This document shows, in pieces, positions 25,627-35,754 of a stretch of DNA of 64,000 nt. A model generated the notes under the pieces. That model was not told the origin of the DNA, did no database searches, and saw nothing but the letters and a program-made list of their open reading frames with translations. Source of the DNA: Octopus vulgaris (Eukaryota); NCBI GenBank assembly GCA_951406725.2, contig OX597833.1, positions 58,094,001 to 58,158,000 on the forward strand, written 5' to 3'. The position numbers were made by a program, and so were the translations under genes. Numbering within the stretch: the stretch's first letter is position 1; each line of letters begins with the position of its first letter.

Positions 25627-26442
25627 TTAAATAGTTTTTTTTAAGCTAAATGCAGGCATGACTGCAGCTTACCTGTAAATTCATTACACTACAAGGTCTC
25701 ATCTTACTGAGATGTTCTACCTTAATTATAACTGTTTTTCCACATTACAGCTTGGTTGACTTGGCCTTATGGTGGAGGCAAGCTCTCTTAAATGTTAATG
25801 CACTTGAGTTTTATTCTAGACTTACAAGTTGTTCATAGTTTTTGCAGCTCAGATGAAAAACAAACTCAAAAACAGTTTTATTAGAAACATCAGAACACTT
25901 CAATGTTGGCTCCATTAGTTTCACACAACACATGTAGACAATTGTGGAAGCACTCCATCGGTTACGACGACGCGGGTTCCAGTTGATCCGATCAACGGAA
26001 CAGCCTGCTCGTGAAATTAACATGTAAGTGGCTGAGCACTCCACAGACATGTGTACCCTTAATGTAGTTCTCGGGGATATTCAGCGTGACACAGAGAGTG
26101 ACAAGGCCGGCCCTTTGAAATACAGGTACAACAGAAACAGGAAGTAAGAGTGAGAGAAAGTTGTGGTGAAAGAGTACAGTAGGGATCACTACCATCCCTG
26201 CCGGAGCCTCGTGGAGCTTTAGGTGTTTTCGCTCAATAAACACTCACAATGCCCGGTCTGGGAATCGAAACCACGATCCTATGACCGCGAGTCCGCTACC
26301 CTAACCACTGGGCCATTGCGCCTCCAATATAGACAATTACAATACAACAAACTGAAGTTGTCGTAAAGATAATTTATGAATGCCCTGCATTATATACGTA
26401 GGAAGTTGATCTCTTTCCAACTTGTACGAATTTATTTTACAG

Positions 26443-26517
26443 GTTAATTGTGAACCGTGACATTCCGTGTATCTCGATTTTGTTATCGAAAGACCAGCTT
26501 GATGTCAATGAACCAGG
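26443..26517 (+). CDS. RPP25L: RPP25-like coding exon 5
   Basis: TTTTACAG acceptor; LIVNRDIPCISILLSKDQLDVNEP(G), the L.V.R.IP.I.ILLSKD.LD..EPG motif; GG|GTTTGT donor. Confidence 0.92.
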
Positions 26518-26571
26518 GTTTGTATTTTTAAAGTTCTTCATAAGGTGGTGCTGAGAATTGCCTGGCTTTAA

Positions 26572-26792
26572 CCCTTTCATTACTGTATTTATTTTGAGAT
26601 GCTCTGTGTTTCATTCAATTACTTTAAATGTAACAAAGAATTTAGTAAATGAACTTAGTTATCATTCAGCTAGTGTTAGGAACATAAATTGTGACTAAGG
26701 TTTGGTGGAAGATTTTAATTCAAAACTTTTGAAAATAAGACATTTGTACTACAGAGCCAGAGCCGGTTTCAGCCGGGTTGGTAACAAAAGGG
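26572..26792. mobile_element. Third copy of the piggyBac-type MITE
   Basis: TTAA|CCCTTTCATTAC...GTAACAAAAGGG|TTAA. Confidence 0.8.
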
Positions 26793-27054
26793 TTAAGGGT
26801 ATCTCACAAGGCCTGGTTAGACGCCTAACCTAAGTTCTTACAGAGCTTAGGAAAACTGAGGGACTATTGCAATAAGGGTATGAATCTTCAAGGGGAATAT
26901 GTTGAATAAAATCATTAACTGATCCTCCTTTATATTCTTTTACCCAAAGCCAGGAACTTTTCAGAACCCCTTAGTATATTCTATTGTGGTAAAGTCCAGT
27001 TGTTGCATTTGTCTAAGAGGAAGATATTTCCTTAAGCTATTTTAATTAAAATCA

Positions 27055-27585
27055 CATTCGATGACTGGCATCCATACTAGCGGGGTGCAAAGACCACCAT
27101 ACGAGCGTGATCGTTGACAGAGCGGCTAACCAGCTTCCGTGCCAGTGGCAAATAAAAGGCACCATTCGAGTGTGATCGTTACCAGCGTCACCTTACTGGC
27201 ACTTGTGCGAGTAGGGTGCCAACAGCACCATCCGAGGGTGATTGTTGACAGAGCGGCTAACCGGCTTCAGTGCCGGTGGCATGTAAAAGGGCATCATTCG
27301 AGCATGATCGTTACCAACGTCGCTTTACTGGTACCTGTGCTGGTGGTGTGTGTAAAAAGATTCAAGCGAGGTCGTTGCCAGTACTGCCTGACTGGCCCCC
27401 ATGCCGGTGGCACGTAAAAGCACCCACTACACTCTGAGTGGTTGGTGTTAGGAAGGGCATCCAGCTGTAGAAACTCTGCCAAATCAAGATTGGAGCCTGG
27501 TGCAGCCTCCATGGCTTCCCAGACCCCAGTCGAACCGTCCAACCCATGCTAAAATGAAAAACGGACATTAAACGATGATGATGAT
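27055..27585 (+). mobile_element. Short retroposon family D with (ATG)n tail. Other copies: 9220-9458-, 12068-12790-, 21910-22240-, 22438-22745-, 24330-24595+, 28025-28363+, 32810-32958+, 51697-51981+
   Basis: Shared 3' end GGCGTTAGGAAGGGCATCCAGCTGTAGAAA...CCAACCCATGCTAGCATGGAAAACGGACGTTAAACGATGATGATG with variable internal ~50-60-bp repeats. Confidence 0.8.
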
Positions 27586-29143
27586 AACAAATTTCACCTT
27601 TTCCATGCTGACCTGGATGTTGTTGGCATCACACCAACTGAGAAATGGGTCAGCTCAGTGTTGTGCCACCAGCAGTAGAGGTCCTCCCCCTTTGCAGGAG
27701 AACTAAAGAGCCTTCTCCTACCCTATTTTGTTGGCTAACTCTGCATTACTTTTAATGTGTAGTCCAAATAAAGGCAGCACCACCCTCACCCATTGTGTCC
27801 CACCCACTCCCCACCAACAAGAAAACAGAAAACAAACAATAACACAAAACCCCCACTCTGAAGAATATTGTATAGGTATTATTGACAGCAAACATTTATA
27901 CGAAAGATTGAAAATATGGGGAAAGATAGAAATGCCAGATGGCTGGCATCAGAAAATGGAATTGGTAATGTCAAAAAAAGTCGGGAGAAAGAACTTGAAA
28001 AGCAACTTGAGGATGAATATATGTTCTTCCAGCCTTGTCTGGCACCTGTGTCGGTGGCACATAAAAAAAAAACACCATCCGAGCGTGGCCGTCTGCCAGC
28101 CTCGTCTGGCACCTGTGTCGGTGGCACAAAAAAACACCATCCGAGCGTGGCCGTCTGCCAGCCTCGTCTGGCACCTATGTTGGTGGCACATAAAATCACC
28201 CACTACACTCTTGGAGTGGTTGGCGTTAGGAAGGGCATCCAGCTGTAGAAACACTGCCAGATCTGACTGGCCTGGTGCAGCCTTCGGGCTTGCCAGACCC
28301 CAGTTGAACCATCCAACCCATGCTAGCATGGAAAGCGGTCGTTAAATGATGATGATGATGATGAAAGGGAAGATTGGCACCGGAAGGGAGGGAGGAACTA
28401 GGAGAAATATGAGGTTGAATTTGTGGACTTTGTGGAATTCATGGCAAAATGGAAAGAAAAGGACGATTGATGTTGACTGATGGGGCAGCTAACATCACTT
28501 TCATCTCTCATTTTTCACCCTTTTTCTCATCATATCCTACGACAGTGTATTTTGATGTTTTGTGTCCCCAATGTGTTGTGGTGTCCCCTCTGTGTAAGAC
28601 CTTTAGGGTTAATAAAAAACCAACACCAGTTATAAACTAGCAAAAATGCATCATACAGGCGTAGGAGTGGCAGAAGTGGCTGTGTGGTAAGTAGCTTGCT
28701 TACCAACAACATGGTTCAGGGTTCAGTCCCACTGCGTGGCACCTTGGGCAAGTGTCTTCTACTATAGCCTCGGGTCGAACAATGCCTTGTGAGTGGATTT
28801 GGTAGACGGAAACTGAAAGAAGCCCTTCGTATATATGTATATATATATATATGTATGTGTGTGTTTTTGTGTGTCTGAGTTTGTTCCCCCCAACATCGCT
28901 TGACAACCGATGCTGGTGTGTTTACGTCCTCGTTACTTAGCAGTTTGGCAAAAGAGACCGATAGAATAAGTACTAGGCTTACAAAGAATAAGTCCCGGGG
29001 TCGATTTGCTCGACTAAAGGCGGTGCTCCAGCATGGCCACAGTCAAATGACTGAAACAAGTAAAAGAGTATTTAAAGGTGTTATCCCCCGACTTAAAAGT
29101 TTGGTCTGTTTAGAATTTAGTTTGGTGTTTTCTCTTTTTCTAG

Positions 29144-29297
29144 GTATCAAGCTCCTGGGAAGTGCAGCATCCACGAGGATTCCGAAGATGGAAAATACGA
29201 AGGAAAGCCAGCTTATAAAAAACAAAAGCAGTTTAAATGCAGGAAACGGAAAACCCCTTCAGCTCAGAATAAAAACCTTACTGGAAGAAGTCTCTAA
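29144..29297 (+). CDS. RPP25L: RPP25-like last coding exon
   Basis: TTTTTCTAG acceptor; (G)YQAPGKCSIHEDSEDGKYEGKPAYKKQKQFKCRKRKTPSAQNKNLTGRSL*. The GYQ.PG motif is followed by a basic tail. The six exons sum to 546 nt (181 aa plus stop). Confidence 0.9.
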
Positions 29298-29328
29298 TAT
29301 TAGAGAAAATGGATTTGGCTGTTTTGTG

Positions 29329-29360
<32 letters not shown>

Positions 29361-30546
29361 TACCTCTTCCCCTCTGATTTTTTTTTTTTTTACCATTGCT
29401 ATATGGATTTGTGGCATAAAGTTTACTGCACAGTATGTAATCATCCTCTTTTTTTAGTCACTTAGTACAAAAGTTTTTTTTTTTTCCAGCTCTTTTTTTT
29501 TTTTTTTTTTTTATTTTTTTTTGTTACACAAATTAACTGGAAGCATAATTAAGAGCTTTGAACAAAACACTCTGTACTGTACAGACTCAGTTAAAATACT
29601 AATATTGAATAATTTAGAATTTGCTACATTTTTTAAATCCTGGTTTTTCTCACCCCGAACATTTTCCTTGTGCCAATATTACCAATTCACACTCAAGGTT
29701 CAAAAATGCTTCCTTGGCTAATTTTTCATTTCACCCCCCCCTTTTTTTTTCTTTTCTTTTTTTTTTTTTTTTATTAGCATATCAGTGATATATTGCAAGT
29801 GTTCCCTTGTTTAACCTTGCTGGTTCCATGACTGTCTAAACTTCCCCCTCACCATCTCCCTTACTTTAATTCCTTCGTTACCTTTTAACCATTCTAATTC
29901 TGGCTAGTGTTGAACCACTCTTTGGAAAGCCTTTTATTTACCCATTTCCATAAGGGCTGCGGGCACTTAATCATAAGGAGTCCCTCCTTTTACTTTGACC
30001 ATATGCCCCAGATTTCAAAGAGAAGGCATAATATAACCCACTATGTACTTTGAGCTGTACCTCACCCGTATGTTATATATTTGACTTTATTTCAAGGCGT
30101 CGAGCTGGCAGAAACATTAGCACGCTGGGTGAAATGTTTAGCGGTATTTTGTCTGTTTTTACATTCTGAGTTCAAATTCTACCACGGTCAACTTTGCCTT
30201 TCATCCTTTCAGGGTCAATAAATTACCAGTTGCATACTGGGATCAATCTAATCAATTGGACCCCTCCCGAAAAATTTTGGGCCTTAGAGAAAAGAGTATT
30301 TGGCTTTATTTCTTTTGTAAGGCAGAATTCCCTTCATGACATCAAGTCTTTAAGTTGTCCTATTACAGCACACAGGAACATGTGTATTTGAAGGGTATTA
30401 TAGTTTGCTTGAAGCGTTGTGATACAGTCTTAGAACGTGCCCTTTCTCCCTATGGACTGAATACGTTGTCACATGTCGCAAATCACCAATTAACCCATTT
30501 TAATTTTATAAAAATGCTGTGTTAACTGAACACGGTATTAAGAAAT

Positions 30547-30780
30547 AAGGCGGCGAGCTAGCAGAATCGTTAGCATGTCGGGCGAAATGCTTAGCGGTAT
30601 TTCGGCTGCCGTTAGGTTGTGAGTTCAAATTCTGCCGAGGTCGACTTTGCCTTTCATCCTTTCGGGGGTCGATAAATTAAGTACCAGTTACGCACTGGGG
30701 TCGATGTAATCGACTTAATACCTATGTCTGTCCATGTTTGTCTCCTCTATGTTTAGCCCCTTGTGGGTAATAAAGAAATA
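30547..30780 (+). mobile_element. SINE family C (Meta-domain-like core). Other copies: ~6303-6511+, 7035-7632- (x3), 15283-15765- (x2), 17143-17308+, 30096-30260+, 55046-55460+ (x2), 55987-56226+, 60903-61297+, 63592-63824+
   Basis: GGCGGCGAGCTGGCAGAA...GAGTTCAAATTC B box; core GCCTTTCATCCTTTCGGGGTCGATAAATTAAGTACCAG; tail TGTCCCCTCTATGTTTAGCCCCTTGTGGGTAATAAAGAAATA. This copy has a 13-bp TSD. Confidence 0.85.
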
Positions 30781-32079
30781 GGTATTAAGAAATGCAATGA
30801 TCACTTCGAGAACTAAAAATTATTTGGTTAGAATTTTAATTTACCATTAATTGAAAGTAATAACTGAGGATAGTTGAAAATGTTCGTTATTCAAGGTTAT
30901 TAGAAATAGAACCCTGTACTTTACTGTTGTGTACTCAGACAACTATTTTTATAAATATATTTCTTGTTCCTCTATATCAACATTACGTAGAACTAATAAT
31001 TCATCAAATCATCAGTTAGCCCAATTACTCTTTACTTTTGCCGAACCGCTAAGTAACGGGGACATAAACACACCAGCATCGGTTGTCAAGCAATGCTCGG
31101 AGGACAGACACACAAACACACACACGCATATATATATATATATATACGACGGGCTTCTTTTCAGTTTCCGTCTACCAAATCCACTCACAAGGCTTTGGTC
31201 GGCCCGAGGTTATAGTAGAAGACACTTGCCCAAGGTGCCACACAGTGGGACTGAACCCAGAACCATGTGGTTGGTAAGCAAGCTACTTACCACACAGCCA
31301 CTTCTGCGCCTATTCTATAACTTGAACTGAACATTGCATTAAGAAATACAATGATTGCTTCAAGAACTCTAAAAATTTAACATTTAAATTTCTGTACCAG
31401 TTAATTGAAAGTAATGCAACTGATGGTAGCTGAAAATGCGTTCATTATTGAATGGATTATAAGAAATAAGGCGCAATGGCCCAGTGGTTAGGGCAGCGGA
31501 CTCGCGGTCATACGATCGTGGTTTCGATTCCCAGACCGGGCGTTGTGAGTGTTTATTGAGCGAAAACACCTAAAAGCTCCATGAGGCTCCGGCAGGGGAT
31601 GGTGGTGATCCCTGCTGTACTCTTTCACCACAACTTTCTCTCACTCTCACTTCCTGTTTCTGTTGTACCTGTATTTCAAAGGGCCGGCCTTATCACTCTC
31701 TGTGTCACGCTGAATATCCCTGAGAACTACGTTAAGGATACACGTGTCTGTGGAGTGCTCAGCCATTTGCTCGTTAATTTCACGAGCAGGCTGTTCCGTT
31801 GATTTGGATCAACCGGAACCCTCATCGTCGTAACCGACAGAGTGCTTCCATAAGAAATAAGACTTCATACTTTCCTATGGTGTACATGAAAAAACAAACT
31901 GACTATATTTAACTGTAATACTCAATGTCATTTGAGTAGCATTTTTCTCTGCTTCTCCCTGCAACTTAAAAGTGATACTCTTTGTCCAAGTTTTTGAGCT
32001 GATGTGATTTATTTGGCGTTGATTTGATAGTTATTAACTGAACTCCTCCTATCCCTTAATCTAAATTTTTTCAAGTTTG

Positions 32080-32485
32080 GGATCTTTTCGGTTTGAACGG
32101 CAGTTTTTTTTTCTAGTGGTGTCATATGAAATTGTCACCCATAATTATGACCCTAGTATCTATCTATTGCATTTCAATCTGTTTTAGGGTTAAGGGTGGG
32201 GGAAGGGTATCTTTTTTTTTTCCTTCACAAATGTAAATAAACCCAATCTGTTTCTTAAACTAGGGACATATTCATACGGCACAATGTTTTTACCTCAATA
32301 GACATCATTGATTGGTAGAAACTGAAGAAAAAAAACAACAAATATCTTACAAACTATAGAATTTTCCTAATAAAGCCAAGAGAAAAAGATGTTTTATTAA
32401 CACGTTCTACCAGTATACAAAGTTTAAAAGTGTTTAGCTACGTGGAAATTATTTTCAAAAACTGCCGGTCACACCGAAAAGATCC
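32080..32485. mobile_element. ~405-bp MITE (GGATC termini, 8-bp TSD; Merlin-like)
   Basis: TIR GGATCTTTTCGGTTTGAACGGCAGTTTT; TSD CAAGTTTG / CGAGTTTG; the empty site is visible in the adjacent duplicate at ~32710. Confidence 0.85.
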
Positions 32486-32767
32486 CGAGTTTGTGATTGC
32501 CCACATCATATTTGCTCCAACAATAGGATACTCAATCATTTGTACAACTCATTTGAGTATTTTTCTTTGCCTCTCCCTGTAACTTAAGTGATGCTCCTTG
32601 TCCAAGTTTTGGGCAGATGTGATTTATTTGACGTTAGTTGATTTGATAGTTAACCAAACTCCTCATTCTTAAAACTTATTGTTCTCTTAATCTAAATTTT
32701 TTTTTTCTTCAAGTTTGTGATTGCCTGCTTCATATTTGATCCAACAAAAGGATGCCATTGCTTTAAT

Positions 32768-32808
<41 letters not shown>

Positions 32809-32958
32809 GTGGTTGGTGTTAGGAAGGGCATCCAGCTGTAGAAACATTGCCAGATAAGACCGGAGCCTGGTGCAGCCTTCTGGCTTCCCAGATCCCCGGT
32901 CGAACCGTCCAACCCATGCTAGCATGGAGAATGGACGTTAAATGATGATGATGATGAT

Positions 32959-33533
32959 ATATACATAAATAATTTACAAAATAAGGGCAAAAGAAAAATT
33001 CTAATGCTGAAAAAAAGACAAAATTGTCAACCATTATAATTTATGTATCTCGAAACAAACCGATAGAAATTTCTAAAAAAATCCGTTATTACCGTATTGG
33101 TCCCAATTTCGGGGTTAATTCATAAGAATTTTCCCCTCTTCAGCGATAAATACGTGAGATATAAATGAAATACTTATTCATACCCATGGAAAGAGCAAGC
33201 ACTAAGAGGGGAAAATTCTTATGAATTTTTCAGTTAGAGGGCTCTCACTTTCTGTGGTCATTTAAAACCGTCCAAGGGTGGTCATGCACATCTTTACATT
33301 TCCCCAGTCACCCTGCAAAGCCATTAAAAAATCAATAGAAGTGATTTTTTTTGTGAATTTTCTATCCAAAACCCAGTCAAAATGCCCAAAACTTGATACG
33401 CCAATTGAATGCCAGCTAGCTGTATGTAATTGGTCGGAGATTTGGACAGTACTCGTGTGTATGTGTGCACGCACACAGCTGTATTTGCCTGCACTAGCAC
33501 TATGACCCGGCGTTGCCAGGTCATAGTGCTAGT
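32959..33533 (+). mobile_element. Non-autonomous Helitron-like element with terminal hairpin
   Basis: Ends ACTAGCACTATGACCCGGCGTTGCCAGGTCATAGTGCTAGT (15-bp stem, CTAG end), sharing CCCGGCGTTGC with the 13.4-kb element. Confidence 0.45.
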
Positions 33534-33749
33534 TTGAATATAAATCCAGAACGCCTGTCCTCTTAAAAACTAAACTCTTGTAATGTTAACTGTTTCTTCA
33601 AGGAAGAGCAGTAAAATACTTTCAAACTACTCCATTGTCATTTTATGGGATAATTTCCATATGCTATCTTTTATAACATTTCTAATTATATCAATGAAAT
33701 TTTTTTTTGTTTAATTGCTTGTGCAAAGGTTCATTGTTTCTCGATTCGT

Positions 33750-35500
33750 TATTGCCCACTAGGGTTGGGGGTAACATAGAGGGGACAACACATCACATGT
33801 TGGGGGGGACACACAATGACAAATCAAAAAACAAATGTATGACCAAGATGAATGATAACATGGCAACGAAGAAATGGAATGGAACCACTCAGCCCCACTT
33901 CTGGGTGATCCCATTTCTACCCTTTACCACCTTTTGTATCCCATTCCTTCCAGAATGTCTGTCCCATATAGTTCTAGTATTTCCTCGTACATTGAAAATT
34001 CTGCTAATTCCTCTCTGTCCAACTCTACCTCCCACCACCGGAATGGAGCCACTCAGCCCCACTTCTGGGTGATCCCCACCTTTTGTATCCCATTCCTTCC
34101 AGAATATCTGTCCCATATAGTTCTGGTATTACCTCGTACATTGAAAATTCTGCTAGTTCCTCTCTGTCCAACTCTACCTCCCACCACCACTCATATTCAC
34201 TTTTGTTTCACTATTCTCTCCAAATGTTCTTTCATTGGCAGCACAATAGGTGACGCCTAACATTGTCGGAACCACGGGTTCCTATTTCCTTAAAATCATC
34301 CCATTTCTGCCCTTGGCACAAATCCTCATTTTTGAATCATCAATTATCACTACTGCACATTTCTTTTTTGTCTGTGGGGGAGGGAGTTTGAGATTTCTTG
34401 TGTTTCTTTTGTTTTTGTGTCGGAGGGAATGAGTAGGCTTGGTGCCTGTGGGAGAAGGGTGGGGTCTGAGAGCATATGGGTGGGGTGGGTGTTGATTGGG
34501 GTTCAGAGTTCAAATTACTTTTTTCTTTCTGCCAACCACCTTCCATACCTTTTCTATTATCTCTGAAGGTTCTTCTACTTTTTTTGACTGTTCCACTTTT
34601 TTCCTCCAGCAGTGAAGGGCAGGCCACTCTAATGTGGCCGTTTTAGACCACATTTGTAACATCTTGGGACTCTGCCCTCCACCTTGATCCTCATCTCTGC
34701 TTTGTCAAACAAGACCATCTCTGCTACCTGTCGCAAGGTTTCTGCTGATGCCTGCACTGTCATCTCAAGTGTCTTTCCCCTCCACATCTCACATCTGGTT
34801 CCTGTGGCCTACAGCACCATATCCTCCTCACTTCCTTTTGAGGACTGTGGCCACTACCCAGTCCTCATCTATTTCAGATGGAATACCTTCAACTTTAATC
34901 CTAGTTGTCAATCTGCCCATATAAGTGGGCAACAACACCACTTTGTCTTTGCTGCCTGTTTCTTTGCATTTTGTTCTCACCTCCAATGTATCAAATCTTG
35001 TTCCTCTCTTTAGAAAAACTATATTGTGCCACATGGGCCTGAGCACTTCCCTGTTTGGCTTGTGTGTGTTCTCTATTCTGCCTGCCTTTGTAAAAAATGT
35101 TTTGTATGTAATTGTTCTCCTCCTGATACCTTCCAACAGCTCCTTTGACGGGGCCAATTCCACATCATACCTCTCTACAAATTTTTAAAATTTCTAATTC
35201 TCTTGATGTCAATATCCTCTTGTCTTGTTGCTTCTGCGAAGTTTTTCTTTTCCTCTTGGCTTTTCTATCCATTTTTCTTACTGCTTTATGCAGTTCTTCT
35301 GGTGATAATTCAGACCCACTAAGGTCTGAATAAAATACGAATTTCTTCATTGCTAACTCCTCAAATGAAAGAAAGTACAAACAAATTGCTGCAAAGCTGC
35401 ACAAAAAGTGTTTAAAACACTAACTCAAGGACAAAAGGATGTGAACTCTGAAAAATACAGCCAAAATGACTTGTGTACCTTGCAAAACACTAGAAGAGTG
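33750..35500 (-). mobile_element. Decayed ORF1-only (gag-like/CCHC) non-LTR retroelement, Tx1/L1-ORF1-like
   Basis: Broken minus-strand ORFs (35165-35404, 34828-35163, 34340-34627) plus VEGRVPRCYKCGLK/GHIRVACP zinc knuckle at ~34617-34685. No RT follows; a SINE-like 3' tail lies at ~33750-33790. Confidence 0.7.
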
Positions 35501-35754
35501 CTGGTGTTTCTACCAGCTCACTACAATAAATATATATTGAAATCAAACTATATTTGAACCAACGTTGGTCATTATTGTTTTATTTTACTGTACTATTGTG
35601 CATAGATATATATTTTAGCCAACATGAACAAATGTAAATACCTAATGCCAATACAAAATTTTCAAGAACGGAAAGATGTCTGTGACATCATTAGTAGTGT
35701 ATTTTTTATGAAGATGTTACTTATAAACCTAGAAATCTAAGTAACTTCGAATGG

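Noticed and set aside
28900-29457. 185-aa ORF overlapping the last RPP25L exon
   Set aside because: Starts in a SINE, crosses the acceptor in a different frame from the conserved GYQAPG frame and ends in poly-T.
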